The position numbers and the translations under genes were made by a program. Below are positions 1 through 10,667 of a stretch of 64,000 bases of DNA, piece by piece. The stretch comes from Fimicolochytrium jonesii (Eukaryota). Every line of letters begins with the position of its first letter. Positions within the stretch are counted from its first letter, which is position 1. Where the stretch lies: NCBI RefSeq assembly GCF_025526975.1, contig NW_026515684.1, positions 496,001-560,000 of the forward strand, read 5' to 3'. The notes beneath the pieces are model-generated. The model was not told the DNA's origin, made no database searches, and worked only from the letters and a program-made list of their open reading frames with translations.

Positions 1-1665
1 TGGGAGGTGGGTAGTGGGGATGGAGACGGGGCTGTGGCGATGTCTGCAAGTGCGGATGGGCCGATGGAGCGCACTGGTAGCCCGCTACTGCCCTTCGAAC
101 GGGATGGACTGCTCAACGACGGCGGGGAGGTGGAAAGTGCGTCGCAACCCACATCAGTGGATACCGACCGCCGGCTTCCGAACCAGCCATCGCCTCTTGC
201 TCTTCAGGTGGAGTCCCACGCCAACGACGCCGACGTTGCAAAGCCCGCACTTACCCAACACGAGACCCAAACCCGGATACCCTCAGCATCCGCATCCCAT
301 CACTCATCACCGCATCCCTCAACATCCCCGGACATCCCACAGCCATACCCACGTACACGACAACGAACCACCCGCCCACCTCTCTCCTATGGCCGGTACC
401 TCGCCTCAACGCCCGCAGAGCCGTACACACGGGTCTCGACAGTTCTAGAAGACCGCCATGCCGCCCTCCTCCCCCACCCGGGCCCGAAGGCCGACGCAGA
501 CACTATGGATCAGATAATACCATTGATGCAGGGGTTGGGGTGTGAAGGAAAGGAGGAGGCCCCGACTTTGGGACCGCCCATGAGACCGGATGGGCAGTAC
601 ATGCCACGCCCGCCGCCGTCTGCGCCGCCGGATGGTGTATATATGCGTTATATCCGACGGTTGAGGATTGCGGCGACTCATACGTGAAGTGCGAGGATAT
701 GTCCCCAATCGTCTGCTCCCACGCGCATCACCCCCGCTGTAGCCACCCTGTTCACGCCCAAACATGACGGCGATGTCTTTCAGGTCTCCGCGCGGTCGCT
801 GCGACGCATCGGAGGCACGCGGACGGCCCCGAAGTGGGTCACGCACCTCGATCCAGACCTGATCACGTCAAACCACACCACACCACTTCAGACCGCCTCT
901 TCATCACGGCCTATGCATGAGAGTACCCGGTCTCACGGCGACGGCTGAGAGAAGCATTCCTGAGCGACCGGCGGACATGGAAGAGATGGCGAGGTTGCGA
1001 ATGGGACGGTGCTCGGCTGGACCGCACAAGCGCCCTTACAAACGATGGCATTTCGGACTGCGATGCTGCGCCCGTTCTTGCCGGGGGCATGTCTCGGCCA
1101 TTCCCTTATCCCGGCTAGCATGGTCGCTCATACAAATGACGACCGGTTGCAGCGCAGCGTGTCCCGACATGTTTACATATGTACACCTCGCATCATCTCG
1201 CGCACGCCAATCTGTCCCGCGCACACCATCTGACGGGGATCGTCCCCGTTAGGACTGAGGGACCAACTTTTTCTGGACGACTACACATATAGCAGCAGTG
1301 CGATTCGAGAGCATTTGACGATGTTTATGTCACAGATTCATAATGAACACAATCGCATGCGGTACATATACAGGTCATTGCACACGGTCATCCACTTTCC
1401 AGTTTTTTTTTTCCATTTCCCCTGCCACTATTATAGTGATGGGTGGATTATGTCGTAGTTTATTGTCGTTTCGTTCGCCTCCGTCATCGAGACCCGGCGC
1501 GATCCTCGTGCTTTTGGGTGCATGAATACACTCTTCACGGAGCACGTAAACGACCAGACCGAACACCGTCTATTGCGAACTGCCCATAGGCGATATCTAC
1601 AAGCTCTAATAAAAGGACCTTTCGGCCTCCCTCAGCGCATATACAACCATCCAGCTTCGCCACCC

Positions 1666-2765
1666 TCATCGCTCCGGCTTAGCCGTATCCCTCGTATTCT
1701 CCGCATTATGCCCATAATACGCCAGCTCAACATCCATAACCTTCTTCCCCCTCGCCAAGGCAATATCCTCCGGCCGCCTCTGTTGCGCGAGCGCCGCAAA
1801 GGTGGCTTTGATCACGTTCATGGGGTTGCGCGAGCCGTAGACTTTGGCGCCCAGATCGGAGATGCCGATGCAACGGCAGATCTCGTGGATGTGGTTGTTT
1901 GCGACAATTCCGTAACCTAGGGGAATCACGAATGAGTTAGACCATACGCTCATGGGAGATAGTTATGAGTGGTTGTTCAATGGTAAAATGGAAACGCACC
2001 TGGAGGCGCACTCCTCAAATGTAACTGCACCGACTTCCAATTGAAATCGATGTTTGAGAAGATCGTCCGGTTATTGAACCTCGAAAAGGTCGTCATGTTC
2101 TTCTCGGCCGACCTCGTCGCTTTCTGCACCGCCGCGGCAGCATCAACAGCCCTGCCCTCGCCATATCCCGCCGCCCCCTGGCCATTCCCCACCACGACGA
2201 GAGCAGAGACGGACCGCACTTTTCCACCAGAGTTGACGCGGGCGACGTTACGAACGTGCAGCACTCGTTTCATAAGCGGGGGTCCTCTTTTGAAGTCGTT
2301 GTCTTTGTCACGGGGTGGGCCGCCTTTTCGGCGGTAAGGGCGCGGACCGCTGGTGTTTCTGCTGTAGTTTTCGCTTCTGGGTTCGGGCGCTAACGATTTT
2401 GAGGCTACTGGCTCTGGGGCAGCTGGCGTAGCCACTGCTGATTCTGAGGGGGTGGACTCTGTTGAGAATGGTGCTTTTTGTTGAAGGGGCGATGGTACAA
2501 TTCGGGATAGTGCGCCAATAACAGGTGCCGTTCGAGACGCTATTGGGCGAGCTTCACGGGGAATGAGCGCTTTAGCATTGGTGCGGCGGTTAGTTCGCCT
2601 GCTGCAAAAGTCATTAGGAAACTCACCTTGTGCTGGCGATCTGCCGTGAAAGCTCCGCAGACCAAGGGAGGCGGCGCATCTTGGCAGGCTTGTCACAGCC
2701 GTAGCGGGCGATATCCTTGCTGCCATTGCGCTTAGGCACATACGTTGTGGTAGGGTTGCTGCCAT
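1666..2765 (-). CDS. MRPS5: Mitochondrial small-subunit ribosomal protein uS5m (3 exons; introns about 2570-2626 and 1917-1999)
   Basis: S5 motifs RVLHVRNVARVNSGGKVRSVSALVVVGNGQGAAGYGEG and LRSAPPG|YGIVANNHIHEICRCIGISDLGAKVYGSRNPMNVIKATFAAL. N-terminus is an Arg/Ser/Ala-rich presequence starting at ATG 2765. GT-AG introns join in frame. Confidence 0.92.
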
Positions 2766-3032
2766 TGCCGCGACTTTGGGGCAAAAGATGGCTGGGAGCT
2801 TTCTCGTCGTTGGCTTGCGACCGAGTCTCTCGGAGGGCTCATGTTTAAATCTAACGCACGTGACTGAGCAGTTAATCCCTCTGCTTACGTAACATTCAGA
2901 AGCGTTCGAACGCGTGAGTCCCTCCTTCCCCATTCGGCCGGCAATCACCCTCTTGATCTGGCAGAGAAGGAGTGAAGTCGGTCCATCTCCCAAAGCGAAA
3001 ACGCCGAAAACACAGAACACCAGGCCCGAAAA

Positions 3033-4720
3033 ATGTCATTGAAAACGCAATCACATCTCTTCGGAAGCACAAGCTCCCTAGGCGCAGCATCCAGCCTGCT
3101 GCCCACGGCCCTCTCGCGTGAAATGTCCCGGGACAGGCTGGCAGGCGAGGCAGCCAAATTGAAGAAACCGAAGCTGTCCTCATTAAGTATGCCCTGATTT
3201 TCAGAGAGCTTTTAGGAGGAGATCTTGTGTTGATGGTTTCTTCTTCTAGGCAACCTGGTCAGCCAGCGCGACTCGTCTGCGACGGGCCAATTGGCGCCGC
3301 GGCCAGGAATTCCTCTCAAGTGCGTTTTTTGATCAGGGTGAGGGTCTAAATGGATGTGAGGGAATTGAGCATTTGGAGCTATTGAGATGGGCAGAATGGG
3401 GCTTGGATGCAAACCCTGATATTGGAATGCATGGGTGAAGCGGGACTGATTTCGAATCGTCTTGCAGGGCATCATCGGAGGTATACAGCGTGAAATTCTC
3501 GCTAAACGACGAGTATATTGCATCGGGCCTAGGGGACTCCAAGATACTGGTAAGCATAAAGATACGATGTCTGCAGCTAGTATCGTCAATGCTCAGTGAA
3601 GTTCCGTCTCCAGATCATCTCAACCCAAACGGGCGAGCCACTCAACCTCCTAACCCCAACAACACTGGACACCTACCTTCCCTGCACATCCCTCGCCTTC
3701 CGTCCCGACAGCAACGCATACAAAAACAAAAACGTCCTGGCCGCTGCATGTACGGCCAATCTTCCTCACACCTCAAACCCTCATTACAAACACTAACTCC
3801 ATTACTAGATGCATCCGGCCACATCATCCACTGGCACACGACCTCCAACCAGATCATCTCGACCATCGACGAGGGCGATCATCAGACCCAGTGTGTGGTG
3901 TACAACAACGCCGGCACGAAGTTTGCGACGGGTGGGAGTGATTGTAATGTTAGGGTGTATGATGGTGTGCAGATGAAGGAGGTCGTTAAGATGAATACCG
4001 GGTATGTTGGGAACAAGTCGGGGGAAGGCACATCTGCGAGAGGCTCACAAGTTCCAACAGCACCGGCGGCGCCATCCCCGAAACCGCCGGCCACTCCAAC
4101 CGCATCTTCACCGTCAAATTCCACCCCACTTCTCCACACATCCTCTACAGCGGCGGCTGGGACAACACGATCCAAATCTGGGACACCCGCTCGCAAAAAT
4201 CCATCCGGAGTATCTACGGCCCGCATATTTGCGGCGACGCACTCGACCTCCTTCCCAATTCCGATCTTCTCCTCACCGGATCATACCGCAAGGACTCCCC
4301 CCTGCAGCTATGGTCGTTCGACGAAGGCAGGGTGGTGGAGACGTTGGCGTGGACGTTACCGGAAACTCCCGGGGAGGCGGTACCCGGGTCGTTCTTGTAT
4401 TCGGCTAGTTTTAGCAAGAGTGGGAAGTATGTGCTTGCGGCGGGGGGTATGATGAATCAGGTTAAGTTGTTTAGTTTGGCGCTGAAGAGGGTGAGTTTCG
4501 TTGTTTTTCTTCCCGCTGACGTTGATCTCGAGACACGGAGACTCATATCAACCCATCTTGTTGATTTATACAGCCGGTCGGGATGGTCGTCAACCTCCCC
4601 GCGACCGTCTACTCCGCCGCTATCAGCTATAAGGAGAAAACGGTCGCGTTCGGGGGCGCCGATGGCGGGCTGTGGATCTATGATGTTGATACCAACGGGC
4701 TTACGGATTTCGTGTATTGA
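3033..4720 (+). CDS. WD40-repeat beta-propeller protein (multi-exon)
   Basis: Spliced reading gives EVYSVKFSLNDEYIASGLGDSKI, KFATGGSDCNVRVYD, AGHSNRIFTVKFHPTSPHILYSGGWDNTIQIWDTR, IYGPHICGDALD, AFGGADGGLWIYD and ends at TGA 4718-4720. Start ATG 3033 is divergent from MRPS5. Confidence 0.85.
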
Positions 4721-4955
4721 GTTGTTGGGGAGGCTCGATGGTGTTTTGGGTATTGTGGGTGGACGGATGTGATTGCTGAGCAACGGGGGAGACAGACAGG
4801 ACCTGGTTGATTGAGAACCATCTCCATGTATAGATGATATCATCGTGAGATCCTATCAAAAACTAAAGGAAGCCCAGCTGTCCTATGTCTGCGTCCTACA
4901 AAAACCATCTACATCAAAAAAGAAACACTACGCCGTAACAGAACCTTGCCCACCC

Positions 4956-7070
4956 TCACCCTTTTCTAACATTCTCCACCGGCCCCTTACACTCCCCACA
5001 CCCCCCAACTCTGGGACACACCGCGGTCCCCGAACAATGCACACAAACATTCCCCCCACCATTAACCAGCACCCTCCCCACAACAAGCACAGGCGCCAAC
5101 ACCAGCATCCCCGCGGCAACCGGCAGCGCGGCGATCCAAACCAGCAGGCCGTTGTTCATGGTGCCGTCCGGCCCGTGCCGGCAGGGGAGGAGGGCAAGAC
5201 CGAGCAGGCCGCGTGTGTAGCAGGAGGTTACGGTGCCGGTGCCCCAGCAGGTATTGCACATTTTTTGGATAGGTGGGGAGGGGGTGGTGGTTGTTGACGG
5301 GGCGGGAATGCGTAGGGGCTGCGTGGCTGGGCTGCGGTTGGCGAGTTCGTGGGATTCTTCTGGTACCGAGACCGATACCGAGACCGGGATGTCGGCCGTT
5401 CCGTCGTCCTTCGTGGTCGCGTCGCTCGAGGCTAGCCCCGCCGATCCAGCGTACCCCGAATCCGACGCCGCCAGTTTTCCCCCTTGCAGCGCCATCCCAG
5501 TCCGTTCCGCCCCTCTCCCCACCGCCTGTCCCAACGCAACCGTCACCTCCGCCATCCCCGGCCTGCACCCCGGCTCCGCCTGCCACATCCGCTCCGCAAG
5601 CGCCCACACACCACTATCACTCCCGCGCGGCCGCTCCGGCCTCTTGCCATCAAGCACCAGCGCTCTAAACGCGGCGTTATCCACCACATGCTCCCACGGC
5701 ACCTCCCCACCGCTCATTGTCTCCCACACCACCATGCCGAAGGAGTACACGTCACTAGCGGTCGTGAGCTTCCCACCCTGCAATCGTTCCGGCGCCGCCC
5801 ACCGCATCGTTCCCGGCCCGTCCTGGTATGATTTATAACTCTTGGAATTCGAGTGGGCGCGGATGGCCGCGAATCCGAAATCGGTGAGCTGCACGTGGCC
5901 CGCGCCGTCAACGAGCATGTTGTCGGATTTGAGGTCTCCGTGCACGATCCCCTTTTTGTGCATGAAGGTGATGGCTTGGGCGGCTTCGTAGAGGAGGCGG
6001 AGGGAGGACTGCGGGTGGGTTTTTATGTCTGGGTGTGCCGCTAGAAAATGAGACGTAGTCGAAATGCAGGTAAGTTGGTTCAAGGCCGAGACTTACATTG
6101 CCGCAAAGTCCCGTTCGGCATATACGGACACACCATGAACGGCTGCTTCGAACTAACGCCTGCCCCCAGAATCGGCAAAATATTCGGATGCCTTAACGAA
6201 TACCACACCCGCACTTCATGCTCAAACTTCCCCCGGTCCACATCCCCATCTACCAGTTCCTTAATCGCCACATCCGTATGCCCGTCCATCACCCCTTTAT
6301 AAACCGTGCTGAACCCGCCGCGCGCAATCACCTCGCCCTTTTCGATATCGAAATGCGTCATCCGCCATTCTTCGACGGGCGTGTCCTGTGAGCCAGAGAC
6401 GCGGAGGAGGGTCGTGTAGGCCGCGCGCGCGAATTTGGCTTCCGTTGCTTCGCCTCCTGCATGGTTACTCCCCAATTGCTCCATCTTCCGCGCCAAGGCC
6501 TCCAACGCCTCCCTGATCTCATTCGTGCGGATATTCAACGCGTTCAGTAACAGGTTGTCGTTAGCGAGCAGCGTTTCCAGCTTTGCATTGAGGTCAGCCG
6601 CGTCGGCTTCGCGGGCCTGCCGGTCGAGACGGTCGTCGATGGCGAGGGCGACGTTGAGATCGGTCGCGAGCAATGTTAGGTCGGAGTTGAAACCGTCCAG
6701 GCGGTGTGCGATTTCGTTGTGGCGGAGGAAACGCTCGATTAGGGTTAGGGATTGGAGTTTTTCGATGTAGAGTTGGATTTTCTTGAAGAGACTGAATGGA
6801 AGAGAGAATGGGGATGAGAGGCGAGCGATGGTTGGCTACTGATGCATGGAACGACATCCTGGTCGCTCCGTATCGCTCGCTGTCACTCACGCACCTCTCA
6901 ACAGCCTCGACCTGGTTGCTCGAAACCCCTCCCTCATCCAACCGCTTCAGAGCCTTCACAAACTCATCAACCCTCCCACTAAGCACAACACATTGCTCGC
7001 GGTTGGCAGGCAGCGCGTGGACGCCGTGTTTGATCCAGAGGGCGATCTTGTAGATTTCACCGGGTGACAT
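4956..7070 (-). CDS. TKL-type protein kinase with N-terminal MLKL-like four-helix bundle and C-terminal CxxCxG/hydrophobic tail (introns about 6792-6894 and 6041-6096)
   Basis: Kinase motifs IARGGFSTVYKG, VAIK, HGDLKSDN, DFG, WAAPE and SDVYSFG are all intact. N-terminus ANREQCVVLSGRV...IEKLQSLTLIERFL resembles the MLKL N-terminal domain. Tail contains CNTCWGTG, CVHCSGT and CGECKG. Confidence 0.88.
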
Positions 7071-7431
7071 TGGGAGCATTTTTTGGGAGTGCGGAGACGA
7101 CCAGAAGAGCGAAGTGGGGGGATGCTATCCTGGATGAAATTCAACGAGGAGGCACCCTGAACGAGCGGCCGCCGTGGGCAGGGGGTCTATCATTCTCATC
7201 TTGCCTTTTATCTGTGTTCGCCAAACTTCGATGAATTTGTCGGTGAGCTCCGCGATGGAAGTTCTCGTCTGCCGCAATAATTGGTGATCGGGTGCAACGT
7301 TGAACAAAAGCGCAGCGAACGTATGACAAGGGCTTGTTGCTGTTGTGGGACAGTGGGAGTCGGGCGACGGGCAGAGTCGGGACCGCTGAAAGTGAATTCG
7401 GGTTTGAGCGTGAGGGGAAAGGAAATAGTGC

Positions 7432-9597
7432 TTGCCACTGCTTGGAGACCTTCTGGACGAGATGGACGCGCCCAAGACTAGGCATCGGGGCCATGAGGAC
7501 TATGAGGAAGCCAAGATTGGAGTGGTGCCATCGCGTCCAAAAACGTTGCGAAGAACAGAAGCCCCCCGCACCCATCGAACGTGGGGAACAGACTGCGTCC
7601 TGGACATGGACGACCGCGGCCACCCTACCCGCCCCCTTGAGTGGTTTGTGCATGACTTTGTCAATTGAACCGTACATGGTGCAGTGCCCTTCACTTACGT
7701 TACCCTCTTGTAGGAACCATGGCTGCACCGGAAAACCGAAATCCTGCCCAACACGCGCAGATCACAGACCCAACATCCGGCTGAAACCTCTTGCATCGGA
7801 ATCTTCAACCACCTGGCTGCCCCTCTCTACCTTACTCCTGTTCCTGCGTGTTCGTGCTCAACCGGTCTGTCAGAGGACGTCTCTGAACGCCATTTTTTGC
7901 TCCAATACTGGCTGCCGCCCGATTGGGCAACCGTTCAGGCAGAGCACAGCGCGAAGCATCAATCGCCGGAAAGCAAGGTATACCCAGAGGATCCGATAGC
8001 TTATTTCATGGAACAGATGAACAGCGTCGCCGTCGAGGTCCTTCGCCGCTCCTATCCGAGGTGCCACCCAACAAGCTCTATGACCTGATCACAGAACTAG
8101 CTGGCCCAATACACAGCTCAGTTCCTTGACAAATATTCGCGTCAGAAGCAACAGAAGCATTCATAGCCAAAGAAGCTCAAACGAACTTCAGCTCCCACCC
8201 CCCACGGGTTCAAAAAGATGAGGACATTCCAGCCCAAACATCGGAGGTCGTATCTGACCTGATTCTGCGCACGCTTTTTGCCCTCCGCCGATACGTCCAG
8301 GAGGGAAATGCCGACATCAAGCCTTCTGTGGCCCGACTGCTCAAGCGGAATCTGCCAGCTGTGACCGAACGGTTAATGTTGCCTGGCATGCTTGACGATT
8401 CCCAGCGCAGATGGCTTGCCGAATGGTGCCCAACACCACTCCTCCGAGAAGTGACGCACAAGAATACTCACCCTGGCGTTTACCTCTATACCGTCGACAA
8501 CCAGAAATATGTTGGGGTGAGGAAAAGATGGACATATTGATGACCTCCGTTGAAAGTTTGGAACGGAATGGGCTCAACGCCCAGCTGGTCTGAATGGGAC
8601 CTTCCTTTTCATTGTTTTTGGGAGTCAGTCTCAACTTTCCGCTTGGGAGGCCGCCGGAGCGAGACGAGCCAAAGTCAGTCAAAAGGCACAAGGAAAAGCG
8701 CATCATTTCAAGCGCAGATATGCCAATCCCAAGCGGACGCAGCTTCAGCAGTCTCTCAACAATAAAGGAATTCGGTCACTTTCCCATCAAGTCGCAGCCT
8801 TGCACTCCTGGAAAGGAAGAAGGTCAAGATAAGCGCGCAAGGTTATTCGGGATATCGAACCTCAGCAACTACAGTGTGCCCCTCCTTTCAGTTCACCCTG
8901 TAACAACATCTATTTTGTAAATACCAAAGGATGTGCTGGGCTCAACAACTTCGTGGATACCATCGAGCAGCTGAAGTCGGCGGTACTGAAGCCATTTTGG
9001 GTATTCATGTCAACACCGGCGGACCACACCCGAAACCCAATTTGACCTGGGTCCCATATTGTCCCACTAGAATATGAATGGTCCCACTTCCAGAATATCA
9101 GCAAGCATGTGGGCACAGCGGCCGTCGGGGTTCTGACATACAAATGAGCTGCTCCGTGTTCTCTGTCAAAAAGGCCAAGGCGCGCGAAAATGCCGTCAAT
9201 TTGGCATGTCAATTTGGCATGTCCCATGTCGGAAGTTTGTCCCAACAGCACGCTGTGCTCTGTCCATGTACATGTACTATACATGTACTGAGCTTTCTCC
9301 CCTTTTCTTTTCGAGGGCCCAAATACCACTTCTGAAACCCTTGAATATATGGGACCACCCTCTTTAACCCATCCAAACCCATGCACTCCCCAGGAACTTC
9401 CCAGCGCACTCGAATACGCCTAAGAGATGGGTATGGAAGCTGTGTCTATCGCCTTTGATAAGTTCACTCAACGTGAAACTAGAAGCAGCTTAGGGAGCAC
9501 ACCTCCTCTTCATCCCATGTGGACTCCAGAGGACAACGTTCATCACGCAGAGCACGCCATACTTGACCGGGCATTTGCTATGTTCATTGTTGTGTAG
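7432..9597 (+). pseudogene. Decayed coding region with a GIY-YIG-like motif (probable mobile-element relic)
   Basis: Protein-like fragments are broken by stops and frameshifts. PGVYLYTVDNQKYVG lies at 8472-8516 and GKAHHFKRRY at 8692-8721. Boundaries are approximate. Confidence 0.4.
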
Positions 9598-9702
9598 ACT
9601 CCCAGGGGCTTGATACATGGTGTATAGTTCCCAAACACTTATCACCGGCTACCCAAACATATACAGTACGCTATGACACTTTTGAAGTTGTGCCGCCAAT
9701 GA

Positions 9703-10206
9703 CTATGTACACTTGATGCATGACAAAGACAGAAGAGGTATATAGTGGGTGCACATGGACCACTGTTTCCGATAGTGATGGCTAATAGGGTTGAGCTCCG
9801 ACGAGAAGACTATAAGCGAAGTTACGCCCCCGAAGCCGGTTGACATCACGAAATTCTGCAACTCGGTGTCCAGCTCCGAGAACAGCTCGTGGTTATGGAT
9901 GTGGTCAATCAAAGCGACAAGGCGGACATGATCGAACTTTCCGCTATCCAATGCCCGGTTTTTATACATCTCAACAGTGGCATCATAGAGGCGGTCCCCC
10001 GGGATACCTGTGTCCACAATCTCCAATACTCCTCCACCATTGTACTCCTCTGGTTCCTGCATCCAGAGCTCTTCCATGCCACCGGATCCACCTTCATCAT
10101 ACGTCCAATCCTCACGAGGAATATAGCAGAGGAATATAGCGAAGCAGCCGCATAGGATTTCGCTCATTCCATCGCGGAAGTAGCGTATTGTACGTACTGT
10201 TCGCAA
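9703..10206 (-). CDS. Hypothetical protein or gene fragment
   Basis: 167-codon ORF with globular-looking composition (GVLEIVDTGIPGDRLYDATVEMYKNRALDSGKFDHVRLVALIDHIH). No family recognised. Confidence 0.3.
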   Translation of the reverse strand: MRTVRTIRYFRDGMSEILCGCFAIFLCYIPREDWTYDEGGSGGMEELWMQEPEEYNGGGVLEIVDTGIPGDRLYDATVEMYKNRALDSGKFDHVRLVALIDHIHNHELFSELDTELQNFVMSTGFGGVTSLIVFSSELNPISHHYRKQWSMCTHYIPLLSLSCIKCT

Positions 10207-10667
10207 GTCACTTTTAGCAAGCAGATTCTTTCCGGAAACTCCCAGGCGATTTCACGTTCCAGAGACCACGGGAGCTGCACGCGAATCTGTGTCAAACTAG
10301 GAAACGGTTCCCAGTCGTCAAATCAAGGTCGACCCCAGAGAGAAAGAGGGGGGCATTGCAAAAGCGAAGAAGGGACGCGTGGGCGTGTTCTCCAGTCGTG
10401 CCTGGTTTGAAATGGGCCCCTCCCACAACTGCTCCCAGAACGTCCGGATGCCAGACCCCTTCATTCGCAGTTTCATTCTACACTGACAACAGCAGCATCG
10501 CTCGGTTCCCACGGACTCATCACATAAGCTTACACTACTACACTCCTCAGCTGCTACCACCAACTGCCCACTGACTGAAGGTGCGACCCCAGCTGCCCCC
10601 TCCCCCGCTTTTCCCACGGCATTCTGACCGATCTACGCTTCCCCATCTCCGCAGTCTCTCTGCAACC

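Noticed and set aside
7..1252. 226-aa Pro/Ser-rich ORF and neighbouring ORFs at the window start
   Set aside because: Low complexity, no recognisable domain and stop-broken continuation. It may be a gene tail or pseudogene but cannot be called.
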